A stretch of 63,999 bases of DNA, counting the filler, from Gonapodya sp. JEL0774 (taxonomy: Eukaryota): the NCBI GenBank assembly GCA_027604505.1. It is 10 parts of 10 records of this genome, joined end to end, with 100 filler letters (N's around TTAATTAATTAA, not from the genome) between each part and the next. Parts side by side here need not be neighbours in the genome. Positions count along the whole stretch, not along the records: positions 45,651 to 52,055 come from JADIIX010000599.1; positions 52,156 to 58,557 come from JADIIX010000600.1; positions 58,658 to 63,999 come from JADIIX010000732.1; 7 more parts are not named here. One strand, given 5' to 3'. Position numbers and translations under genes: made by a program. Below the pieces are notes generated by a model. The model did no database searches. It saw only the letters and a program-made list of their open reading frames with translations, and was not told the DNA's origin. Positions within the stretch are counted from its first letter, which is position 1; the number at the start of each line of letters is the position of its first letter. Of the stretch, positions 50,075 through 62,388 are shown one piece after another.

Positions 50075-51350
50075 TTATGGATAAGCGACGGTGAAGGTAC
50101 AGTTCCTTAGTACGTAATTCACGAGCAGCAACAACGCGAGAGGGGTCAATGTCAGCTCTTCGTTCTTGAGAAACCAAGACACGACTCTCTCACCCATAGG
50201 AAGAAGAAGCACATTTCGACTTGATGTACGACAGCACAACGGTAGAGTACGACGCGATCGCGCTGATTGGTGAAGTGCGATGGTTTGTCGTTACTTCCGT
50301 GATATCAGTTGATCATCACCGTATGAACACTCACTAGGCGTATCCGTTCGCAAAGTCACCCTGTCAAGAAAGATATGTCATGAGCAGGCGCGAATTCATG
50401 GCTTTTGAGCACTACAACAGCCCTCCACACAAAAAAAATAAAAATATCCCCCAACGTACGTCGACATCTCCATACTGTTGCCATATCTTGGCCGTCGCGT
50501 TGTAAATGACGGGTTGGTGAACTTGGTTCGAGTTCCCTCGGACGTACACGAACGGAATGGGCGGGCGGGACTTGCCGTCGGCAAGCTTCCCGTACGAAGT
50601 CATGGCGGCGGCCAGGCCGATGGCTTCCATCCTAAATTAATGAGGAGCGGAGTACGAGGGTTTTGGTTCATTATTGTAGAATCGCACACGCGGGGCTGAG
50701 GTTTTTCATGTCCACTCACGCGCTCACAACAATAACGTCTTTCTCCGTAGCGTTGGGGTTCACAGACGGTACGGCGGTCTGCATGATTTGAGCGGTGTAC
50801 TGGCGAGTCAGAGTGTCCCACGGAGCGCCGGACCAGACTTGGTTGACAGAAGGTGCAATGAGTTTTGCGAAAACGCCAACAATAGAAATGTACGGAGAAT
50901 GAACACTTACAGAACTATTGTTACAATACAACGAGACACGAAATGCGAGTTGGAGTGCACACGTTGACACAAGCAGTATTAAATAGGCAGTTGATCATGA
51001 TCAGTGACGAAACAACCGTTGGCGACACGTCGTAACCCTCCCCGACGTCCTCGAGGCTACAGCGCACCAAGCCCGAAACCGACAATTCACCCAAACCCGC
51101 AAACCAGCCCCAGTATTGCCTATCAAAAATCGCGAATAACATATTTGGAATCTCACAACAATTATCTACCAATTAAGATTAACTTGTTTTTTCGAAAAGT
51201 CCAGTCGCCAAAAAAATTGTCTATCGAAACCGCAGAGAAACCCAAAACTACACACCCAAGTTGCTTTTTCACGGGGTTAGGGGCCGCCCCGAGCCTCGCC
51301 GAGCAGGAATCAACACAAACTATCATCGAAAAGACATTTTGCGTGGTCAT
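50075..51350 (-). CDS. Purine nucleoside permease / nucleoside-phosphorylase-fold protein, 3' exons only
   Basis: Spliced segments WSGAPWD...VIVVSA/MEAIG...FVYVRGNSNQVHQP/GDFANGYA/AIASYSTVVL. The ME and R..SN motifs fit the PNP fold. The 5' half is not evident. Confidence 0.4.
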
Positions 51351-52055
51351 TGCTTGGCTAGGATCGCTGTTGCCCCCTCGAGTGCGGTTCTCCTGACCCT
51401 CCTGTGGGACTTCCGAATCTCCTTGTCCGCGCTGGCGCCATCCATTCCCCTCCGATAAAGCTCCCTGTAATCAGCAGTGTGTCGAAAATAACGCCGAACA
51501 AATGAAGTTGGGAGAGCCTTGTCGGCTTCCGCAACCAACTCTCGCAACTTCGAAATCGTCCCATCCACACGGGACCGAACGTATTGCTTCTTCCAAGACC
51601 AGCTCATTTCGATAGCGCCTTGAAGTTCTGGATGGCATTTTGGGGGCCAGAGCAGGATGTGCCCAGCATCTTCCACCACCTCCTCGAGGGCTGACTTCTG
51701 CTCGAGAAAGTCTGGCTGGTTCTTCATAAGCCAAAGCATACAACAATCGTGCTTTTGAGGATCTCTCTCACACGATCCAGCACACTTCCCACGCAGTGGC
51801 TTTGCTGAGGTCCAAATGAAATGCTCCGGAGCCCGGTGAAGGTTCCTGTTGACTTTAAACACCACTCCTGGAACCTTCTTGAGTGAGTATCCCTCGCTGT
51901 CAATCAAGTTCCGTTCTTGAAGAACCTCCTTCAGCCCTCTCTGCTCCCAAGCCCCCGCGTCAGTGAGGACGGACATCGGTTGCAGAACTCTTTGACCGTC
52001 TTTCTCAAACCACCCGTCCCTCATTCTGATAGGCACGCCATCTCTTTGATTGCCA
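51347..52055 (-). mobile_element. Tc1/mariner-IS630-like DDE transposase, C-terminal part (5'-truncated at contig end)
   Basis: RGLKEVLQER, CC..LMKNQPDFLEQKSALEEVV..GH..LWPPKCHPELQGAIEMSW, resembling the PK(F)HCELNPIE catalytic-Glu motif. Confidence 0.8.
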
Positions 52056-52155
52056 NNNNNNNNNNNNNNNNNNNNNNNNNNNNNNNNNNNNNNNNNNNNT
52101 TAATTAATTAANNNNNNNNNNNNNNNNNNNNNNNNNNNNNNNNNNNNNNNNNNNN
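52056..52155. other. Artificial contig spacer
   Basis: N44-TTAATTAATTAA-N44. Confidence 0.99.
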
Positions 52156-52339
52156 TGACGTAAAAAGTATATGTATGATATACATCACGTAGTGTTGCTT
52201 TCTACATTGTGGCATGACTTCAATGTACAAACTACATAACTTGAACCATCAAAGTCCAACACCCCGACAAAAATTCTGTACATAGTAGGTACTGATTACT
52301 CCTCTGACGTTCCTGTCACTTAGTTCTCTCCCATACATG

Positions 52340-54096
52340 TCAGCAACGCGAGTTGAAAGTTACCAGACGTCTTATCACGGATTCCGTTTGCCAGTGCTGT
52401 GCCATATCTATCACCAAGTTTCAGTCTTCGTGCTGTCATACGGAGATAGAGCGAGTCAGGTACTCACTTTCGGAGGTACACCAGCTTGACGCGATCTCGA
52501 ATTTCTGGATCGCGGTGACGAATGGCAAAGCGGGCAAGTTTTGCCATGTTGTGCGAGGTCAGAGCGTCGTGGAACCCGTCTGGACGCACCAAAGAAACAA
52601 TAAACGAACAAAAATTGGTGGATGTATAAAATTGCAGATTGCTGAATAAATCATGTCACACCTGCAGCGTGCTCGAATCTGTTCCTAGCCGCTCCCACGA
52701 GAGCCAACAGCGCTCTCTTGACGTTCCTATTCGCGAAGAACTCGCTTTTGATGACACGTTCCAGAGACCTCTTGTAATGGCTTTGGTACAGGGAGAAAAC
52801 TTGTCGCAAGTGCTCGTCAGATCTGAACAGGAAAAATGCGAGTTTCAGTTCCTGCGCAGAACGCGAACAGTAACAAATCCGAATTTCATACCTCTGGGTC
52901 AGAATCGTGAGAAACATGTGAATATCTGCACCAATTCTGAATTCCCCGGCTTGATAGAGCGCTCCTGCGTCATCTTGAACATCGACATCTCGGAACTCCG
53001 TCCGGCGATCGATCTTTTTAACCTCAATTTGGTCAGCAACTCGTCGGAATATTTCTACAACAGAGTTTGGACACTCACATTCAAGATGGCATTGTACAAC
53101 TCGAGCGATTGCCCATAAAGTTTTCTGTTGAGATCTGCATCAATTGCTCTGCCAAACACACGGTTGTAGCCAAATCGGATTGCACGTAGGTCATCGAGAG
53201 TGGATCCAGCCAGCATCTCGATGAGAACATCATGCTTCACCAAGAAGCTCGAAACTGTGCAAAATTGATGATTGGTGTTGGTATATGACAACATGACTTT
53301 GAAGTCACGGCGAGCTGCACCCACGAGCATCGTTCAAAGTTTTGACATGGAACTCCAATAATCCCATTGCACACCCTTCAATGACTCTTTTGAAATTTCT
53401 TTCAAAGCCTCCCAAACTACTGCCAATGGCACGCGCTGGAGTGTAACCATACTCCGATTTAAATTGCGGTACGGCTTGGGAGATGACCGCTGGTGGGACT
53501 CCACACAGCAAAAGAATCAAGTCGTTCTTGGAGCCGGAGACAACAGCCTGTCGAATCGCCTCCGGATGCTTCTCGGGCATGTCATGCTCATGGATGTGTG
53601 GCTCAAAGAGGCCTCCTTCCTGCTCAACCCGAATAAACCCAAAAGGTATCGCACTGTCGAGATCCAGAACATGTTCTTGTCGATTTGGAGATCCGCTCGC
53701 ACGGCTCAGAGGCCTTGGACTTGGTGACCTGCCCCGCAAATTTGGAGTCGGCAGTTCGTGACCGGACGGGGCTAAAAAGCTCCTATGAGCAAGGGCATCC
53801 GATGTCTCGTTAAGCGAGGTTTGTGGCTGCCTAAGAGATCTTGCAGGTGAGAGGTCACGACTGCGAACAGTGTTTGAGGACGGGTCGACAATGTCACTAT
53901 ATCGAGAGCGGATTGAGTTGGACCTGGAGCGATTAGCGCTGATTTCATGAAGGGACGACCTCTGTCCATTCGAGATATCGTCTGTGAATGTGAGAATTAT
54001 CCCCGAATCGATATGTCCTCGCGGCGAGTGTGATTCGGGCAGTCTCCTTGTGACATTCTCGGCCACCAAGTGGCCGTACGTTGCCGGAGAATCCAT
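52340..54096 (-). CDS. Annexin with long Ser/Arg-rich N-terminal extension, multi-exon (3' end approximate)
   Basis: Repeat 2 LIEMLAGSTLDDLRAIRFGYNRVFGRAI, and repeat 3 DAGALYQAGEFRIGAD..FLTILTQR/SDEHLRQVFSLYQSHYKRSLERVIKSEF. Confidence 0.85.
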
Positions 54097-55949
54097 TTTC
54101 TCCAAGGTTAGTAGTATCGTGTTCGTGGTATCTTTTCCGAAATGTGGAAAACTAAAGAAAGTGGGGCAGTGCATTTGCGAATTTCAAATCGGACAGGATG
54201 TGAGGGACCCGCCCTAAAACGGATCCAGCTCATGGACTCACAGGATGTAATGGTCCTCTGGGTATAAGTGCACGACTTTTGATTATGTGAGGAGCGGATT
54301 AACCGAGGGGTATCGTTCTTGTAATCGGTCACGGGTGGGGGTGGGGACAACACATGCTGCTGTGGGCAACGAGCTGTGGACGCTGAGATCTTTGCCTTGA
54401 GGTTCTGATGACCCACTTCCGAAGTCACCTGCGAATCCCAATAAATTAGCTAATTTATTTCCGCGGAAAGTCAACCATTTATTGCAAAGCAATTCTACGC
54501 CTCCATTCCATTGCTCCACTTCCCAACCTACTCACTCATCTCAACATCTCTGTTCCTCTGAAACCCCACTCCTTCCCACCGATGCAGCTCGTCAAGCAGA
54601 CGCGCCGCCGGCATACCATCAAACCGTGCCATTTTCACGTCCGCTACGTCAGTGGGGATTATCACAAGCTTGAGCGACAACAAAAAGGCAACGCGGAAAG
54701 GCTTGCCACTGTGTTATTGTCAAGTAACCGCACGTTTCGTGGATCTACATCAACGATGCAATGTCGAGAATCTTTCCCTCCATCTCGGCGCACGTGTCAG
54801 CCCCTTGCGAAGCCCCGCTGCCTAAGCCCTCTGTCCGTTTGCCTTGACACTCAAGATTGCGGCCAAGCCCGAGGCGATTAGGGACGGCGAGAAGGAGCAT
54901 TTTCGTCGAACATCAAACAGCTCTGCAAAATCATTCGTATTCATTGGCTGAATGATAGTGGCAGTCAAATATTCTCGGGACGTCTCCGCTAGTGCGAAAC
55001 CTCATGCCTCTCATCTCACCACGAACACTGGTGGCTGTCCGCCAAAAACGCAGCATCACATAGCTTCGTCGCTTGGTCGAACAAGAAGGAATCGAATGCT
55101 GTGGATGATTAAATTCTGTGGCTTTCATTGAGTCCACCCAAAATGTTTTGAGACGGATGAGGGCGCGCGCGGTAGAGGGGACAAGGCCGTAGTCGGTTCT
55201 GGTCTTGGGTACTGTGAGTGTTCAGAATGTGAGAGCTGAAGGTGCCGAGATGGCAATGGCGAGGTAGGCAGGAATCTAGGAAGTGACGTGGCAAGGACTC
55301 ACTAGGAGTTTGCAAGCGAGAGCAACCTCGCAAGAAGGCGGAAACAGCATGCTACCTCTGTGATGGGCTCGGACACACCGCTGCTGACAAGCAATTTAGC
55401 AGACGCTCTCCGGATGGGCGAAGGATTGCGGGACTCCACAATGCTCCATTCATTATGGAATTTGGCTCATCGCTGATGTTATACTCGCTGGCTCCGGCTT
55501 ACAGTAAACGTGGACGGCTGACGTGTTCGACTCATTCTCCTGCATGTTTCAATAACACAATTTGTTACGGATCCCCAGGAGACGTTGTAGATGGGGGTGT
55601 TTTCCGTGAAAACGTGAAAGCGACATTGGGGTTGTCAACTCATTGTGGACGCGACAAGTCGGTTAAGACTTCCTCAGAAATCACTTCATTCAAAGACATC
55701 GCCCAAAGAAATAGTTGGCGACATCGTAACGGAAGCACAAAAGCAACAACTTCAACGGGATGGTATTACAATGCAAAGCGGGTTAGCTTTGCCGGTCTGC
55801 GATTGTCGTGACAACCCAGTTGAAGGTTGAAGAACACTGGATTTGGAGGGATAACGGGTGATGATGCGGTCGACCACGTCATCAAAGCGTTCTGAAGGTG
55901 TTCGTATTCAGCGGAGCTGTCGCTGGACAAATAATGATTCTCCACACAA

Positions 55950-58557
55950 ATGTGGGAGGAGACTGTGGTCCCCCATCCGTTCCGAATGTCCTACCGGTCA
56001 CCGAAACGCCACGATTCTGATGACGATAAGACATTCTCATATTACTCTAAGAACGGAAAATCACCGCAGGAATGGGGCAAGGACCCATATAAAGTGCGTT
56101 CATCACATGGACACGGTTACGTTTTTGTGAAATGGAGATGGAGGAGCGATGAAACGACAAAGGCGAGCGATGACCGGAGACCACATGTACTGGCGATGAC
56201 ATACTCGGCGTGTGGTTGGGTAGCCCAATTAATTGCGATCGGGGGATCATTCGCACAGCAATTCGAGCGATTCTGAACACCATATCCTTATCCCATCCTC
56301 AACTCGGAACCTCCCAGACCCGCCCACTACACGAAACTGACCTTCCCATAAACCCCGGCCTCATCCCCCTTCTCGTGCGCAACCCCGAAGACCTGTCCGT
56401 CTCCCCTCGTACTCCAGACGGACATGAAAAGGTGGCATTGCAGGATTTCCTGCGCGGTCTTGCCCTAGACATGTGTATGGAGAGAGTTGGAACAGAAAAC
56501 GTGAGGTGGGCGGTACATTGGGAGTGGAAGGTGAGTGGGCACCCTGTGCACTTCGGGCTTGTTGGGATAAAGCGGAATGGAACGCGAGATACCGTTGAGG
56601 TGGCCAGGAAATGATGATGGATGCAGAGCTCACGAAGTGCCCAATGGTGCTCGTGTTTCTGACACTCAGGCTCCGTTCCAAATGTAAAAGTGAACACCGA
56701 GAACTCGAAATACCTTTGTCCGCAACGTGGCCGTATATCTGCGTGTAACTGGCCGATGTAGTTTGTGGAACGCTGGGCGGAAATTGTGGATAGGGTCTCG
56801 GTTCCGCCGGGTTCCACCTGGTTCATAACTCCGTCGATCTTGTACTCTTCCAACACGTTCTGTCGCACAGGTCCTAAAGGCTTTATCCTATCAAAAGGAA
56901 TATCTGAATGCATTTGAAACCGTGGCTAACAGGTACCAGGAGAAGCTTTTGAAAAGTGTGAGTGGAGCTCCATGCGCCACCCTGCAAGTGACAAAGGTCC
57001 TTGGAATTTCGTTGATGGTTATCTCCGTCTCTCACTTTTGGTTCCTGAAGCTGAGACCACCACCTACACCACCTGCACCCATCCAACCTGCACCTCGTCT
57101 CTCTGGCGCAACAAGCAACGTCGCTGCGTCCTCCTCATCTCAAGCCCCGCACCTCCACCACCCCAGGCCGCCGAGCCCAGCAATTATACCCATTTCTCCC
57201 TCTACACCCACGCCGACCGACGCATCCCGCCCCGTCTCAGCGTCGACTGCAACCCCCTCGAATCAACACATCCCGATATCTCCGTCGACGGAGGAACCTC
57301 CGACGAGGATAAACTCCTCTCCCGATCCCCAAGTCCAACCTAACATAAAATCGGAGCCTCCCAGCACAGAACCTGCCCCATTAACACCCCTCAAGAGGCC
57401 CCCAACACCCGGGTTCGCAAATGAAGGTAATGGTAAGCGGCCAAGACGAGACTGGGCAGCAATCAGGGCGGAGAAGGAGAAGGAAGCGCAAGCCCAGGCA
57501 GCCGCGGCGGGGATGAACCAAACAGGCGCACAAGCTCAAGCAGGGCATGCACCACAGATGATCTATCCAGTTGTGTCTGGGTACCCTCTGCAGGTTGGGC
57601 TACAGCACCCAATGCCGACGCCTATGCAAATGCCTCCGCCGATGCAGATGGGTCTGCCACTTCAACCTGTTTTGTCAAATGGGCACTCGGTGAATACTCA
57701 GAGTGTGGGCATGGGCGTGCCTATGCCGGGGCATCCTGACGCGCGTAACGCTCCTGGGACTGTGGGCGGGAACATGAGTTGGGCGCCAGCTGGTGGACAG
57801 CAAGCTTTCAATTTATATCCAAACCCAAACCCAAGCCTGACTCCGCAAACAAATTCAATTCCCAATGTGAACCATATTCCTAATCCCTATTCTCATCTGA
57901 ATCCGACTCAACCAACTGTCTTGCACACTCCCATACCATTTCAAATGCTACCGCTGTTACCAGGTCACCCCGGGATGTCGCAGACCATGGGTGGCTTCAC
58001 GGGTGCCTTCCCCCCTGTTTCGTATGTCATGAATGGCATGAATGCCCATTGGGCCGGGTGGGCGCCAATCGGTGTTGTCCCCAATGGGACTGACAGTGTC
58101 AGCACACACACCGGAGCTGTTCCGGGTCAAGCACAATCTTCAACAACTGCGGCAGTGACTGGTGGTGGCGGGATCTCGGCAGGTGCCACTGGTGGTGTCA
58201 GTGCACCCACCAGATCCGTTTCGGTTCAAGCACAGTTTTCAACAACTCCGGAAGTGACTAGTGGTGGGATCTGGGTAAGTGCTGTTGCTCTAGTCAACGA
58301 TACATCAAGATAACGTCGTGATGTCGCTCCCCTCTGTCGTCCATTCTCCCCTATTGCGTCTATGTACGTAGCCTCTCGACGGAACAATCAAGAGTGAGAA
58401 CAACGCAGGCATGGACAATGGAAGAGGTGGTGCGGATGTGTCGGAGAACGTTGTGGAGGCTACCCGAGCTGGCTTTACCGAAGCTACTGCAACCACCAAT
58501 GGAGGCGAGAGCGCCGGTGTCGAAGCCGAAATTGTAATCAGTGAGAGCAATGCCCGA
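55950..58557 (+). CDS. Hypothetical protein with long Pro/Gln/Gly-rich disordered region, multi-exon, 3'-truncated
   Basis: A 463-codon open frame at 56922-58313 plus flanking plus-strand ORFs. No domain recognised. Confidence 0.45.
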
Positions 58558-58657
58558 NNNNNNNNNNNNNNNNNNNNNNNNNNNNNNNNNNNNNNNNNNN
58601 NTTAATTAATTAANNNNNNNNNNNNNNNNNNNNNNNNNNNNNNNNNNNNNNNNNNNN
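58558..58657. other. Artificial contig spacer
   Basis: N44-TTAATTAATTAA-N44. Confidence 0.99.
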
Positions 58658-58699
58658 TCCTGAACCACAGCAATGCTCAAAGTTTCATTCCCACGACCT

Positions 58700-61600
58700 G
58701 CCCTTTTTTATAACAGGAACACCACCTTCAGCTCGCCCTCAAGACAGTGTACGGTGACTCCAAAGACCGAACTAATCCCGTCTCCATCCCTATCCCCGAA
58801 GCACAAGTCGTCCACGCTTCACCAGAATGGCTGTGTGCACACTACCCTCGCACTTTCCAGCAACCTGCCACTCTCATTCGATTCTCGCAACCCGTCGAAG
58901 AGGTGATTGGTTGCCCCTACAACATGGACGAGCGAGACGACGAGTGGCTGGCCAACTACAACGGCAAGGTCGTGGCTGGAGAGTATCAGGGTGCGCCCAC
59001 CCTCACTGAGGACCAGTTCGAGGAACTCATGTGGGGGTTGGAAAAGCTCGTTGGAGATAAAGTAGGTTTTGGAGTGGAACAGTCCACACCAAACACCAGT
59101 TCTCAACCATTTGCTCGCAGCAATCATCCGAACAAGCTGCTGCCTCTCGAGCCGCACCCATCGCTAGCTATCCTACCTTGCGCGAGTTTGGCGTCTACGT
59201 TGAGAACGCTACCAAAACACTCCCGTCGTCACGTCAGGTCGTTAAGCTTGAGACCCTCAAGGAGTCGGCAACTTATATTCTCGAATGGTGGAAGAAGCGA
59301 CGGACGGAACGCGGTGGATTGCCGATTCAGCCGGTGCTCAAGGTTGGTGTTGGTTCTTCTGGCATTTGAAACCGCCCACCCAACCCCGCCCCTTCTTTGG
59401 ATTTTTAGATGGAAGACAACGGCACAAACGACCCTTACGTTTGCTTCCGTCGCCGTGAAATTCGTCCTCTCCGCAAAACCCGCCGCGTGGACGCCCACTC
59501 AATGGATCGTATCCGTCTCCTGCGAGATCAAATGCGTCGCGCCTTGGATCTGGCTGATATGGTGGCCAAGCGTGAGAAACTGCGCCGGGAAGCCCTTTTG
59601 TTGGATGAGCTTGTGTTCCGACAACGGGTCATGGTGCGACAGATTCGACGAAAGATGGGATTGCCCGTGATTGGCGAGGCAGAGCAGGCGTTGGACAGGC
59701 CCAGGAAGAAGCAAAAGGTTAAGGCGCCTGTGGACGCCACGATGGACCCGAATTCCGGCCCGCTCGTTCTCCCTCCGGACCGCACTGTCATTGCACAGTT
59801 GATCGAGTCGCCTGAACGACTCGCGGAACAGCGCCTAGTGAAGCAACGGGAAGAGGACGAGCGGGCGGGCATATCGGACCAGACGATTGAAGATGCTGTG
59901 GTTGTGGACACTTTGTACAAGGCGGCAGATTTAGTGGGGTGGCAGCGGGATGTGGTTGTGCCAGGTTTAATTGGTCTCGTACAAGAACGGAGTCCTGTAC
60001 GGTTTGTGGGGTCGCAACAGACAGGTGGAGATGGACAGGTGGTGCCAAAAACTCCGGATGCGGACGATATGGACACAGATTTGCCTTCGATGGCACCATC
60101 ACCAACGGTGGCTGCGGACAAAGGGAAGGCAGTTGTCGTTGCTGCCCGACCACGTGTCACGACCATGCCGGAGGAGCTCCCTCTTCTGGGCCGAATACCT
60201 CTCGCTCGAACGAGAATTGGACGAGGTGGTCGGCTGATTGTGGACCGTCGAGCTCGGTTGAGGGACGTGATTTGTGGATCTTCCAATGCCTTTGGGAACG
60301 GAGGCAAGACCAGACCTGGATGGAAACCAGGGGACTTTTCTGAGCGCGTTCTCAATTTCTCCGAAGAGGATCGAGAACGAGGGTTGGACGAGATCTGGCG
60401 AAAGCGGAAGTGGGAGGAAGATGAAGACGAAGAAGAACAGGTATTGGGCGAGGAGGACGATGGTATGGAATGGGAGACGACGTCAGAGTACGTGTTTTGG
60501 AAGTGTCGTGTTTTCACCTAATTTCGAAAGTGACATTGTTCTCCAACGCTCTGCTATGCTAGTCTGTCCGTTTTCCGTGCCTCCATCATGCGTGATGCAA
60601 CCGGCGATCATAACGAGTTCATTACAAAGTCTCGATACCCGTTGCAAGCTTACCCTTCTTTAACTCCGCTTCACCGTCAGTTGGCTCAACAACAGTACCA
60701 GCAACAGCAGCAGGCGCAGGGCCGTGCACAAGGAGGCAATGTGGCCCAGCAGCAGTTTGCCTCCAAGAACCAACGGCGGACTGATGTCGAAACTCCCGCT
60801 CCTATAGCCACGTCCGGGTTGAACGGATCCGCAGCTGCGTCCGCACCTAGCACACCAAAGGGCAGCCTCACCCCGAAGCAAACCACCCGCCCTCCTATCA
60901 AACCCGAGCCTCAATTGGATCCGAAGACCGCGACGGTGAAGATGCTCATGAAGGAGTCTGCCAAAGGCGCGCAACAGATACACCAGATCCAAGCGGAGTT
61001 GCAGCGCACACAACAGCAGTGGAGAATGCAGGCGCAAGCGGGGGCCCAGCAGAACCACGCATCTGTTCAGCAAAACCACCTGCCCGTACAACAAGTTGGT
61101 TCCGGTACAAATGTTGGAGCCGTAACGAACGGACTACAGAATGGATATACTCAACTACCGAGTTCCATGCCAGCTGGGTCAATTTCCGTCACCAACGGCG
61201 CGCTTGTTGCCAACGGGATGTCTTTGAACAACACTGCCTTCGCAAACGGGATCATGACGATGCCGACATCGACCGGCGCTAGCATTCCTGCCTCCCGCCC
61301 TTCTTTCACTGTACAGAATGGCCCAGTTGGCACATTCCAAGCCGTTACCAGCGCGCCTCAGGGGAATCAAACGCAAACCGCTTCTGTGGCACTGCAAAAT
61401 TCCGCAGCTGCTGCGGCTATGTTGGCTCAGGCACAAGGTGTTGGTGTTAATCCGACTGCACTTCGACAATTGATGATGCAGCAAGCCGTGGCAAGCAATC
61501 CGCTGTTTCAACAAAGGGTTCGACCGAATAACGGTATCATTCAGTCGCTCAATGTCACTGGAGTTCCTGGCACTCCTGCGATGAACGCAGCGGTGCAAGC

Positions 61601-62027
61601 GCAGAACAACGCAACGTACCAATACCTACTCGCCAGTGCCAGTCCGCTGCTCCGAAACGCCTCAGCGACGCAGACCTTAAAGGGTCTCCAACTAGCTGCT
61701 CAGAACGGTGGGATGGGTCAACTGTTAAACTCGCCTAATCGTGGAAACCTGAACGGGGTAGGCCTCAATGGGATTGCGGGATTGAGCTCTCAGCAGATTC
61801 AGCAGCTGGCCATACAAGGTGCCAACACTCAGAACGTTATATTCCAGTTGCAGCAACGACAACAGCAGGTGGGTCGTCGTATGTTTTCAAAGTTTTTTGC
61901 TGCCTGTAGCGTTGACCACGTTGATTTATAGCAAGCTATGTTCCAACAACTGCAAGCAAGCCAGAATGTTGTAGCCGCCGCTGGCGACGGTCAGATCATG
62001 GAACCAATGGACGAGAAAGGACAGTAA
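58700..62027 (+). CDS. EPL1: Enhancer of polycomb-like protein (NuA4 subunit), 5'-truncated, Gln-rich C-terminus
   Basis: IPIPE, YP..FQQPATLIRFSQPVEE..GCPYNMDERDDEWL, DPYVCFRRREIRPLRKTRR, RTRIGRGGRLIVDR. Confidence 0.92.
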
Positions 62028-62388
62028 TCACTCATTTTATTATGCATCAATGATTTTCTGGGACGAACCTGTTTGTCGTCTCCCATACCAGTTTTGGCTC
62101 TGTGAATACCACGTGTATCTGTCGTTCACGCACACAATGTTTGGGTTGCATTACAGTGATAAGCCGCAAATAAAAAAACTATGAATGATTGAGGAATATA
62201 TTGTCGTGCAGGTCCTTCTGTTCGTGTTTTGTGAAAGTGCTGTGCGTGTTGTTTTTCATACCATAACAGTACAAGAACAATTGCTTTTTCGACATGGGAG
62301 GTACTAAGGAACAAGGTAACAAGAAGTACAAATTGCAATTTCAAACGAGTGGAAGAACGACGGTACGTGTGGATGATGAGTAATATCA

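Noticed and set aside
59528..60517. 329-aa antisense ORF
   Set aside because: It is a shadow of the EPL1 coding strand.
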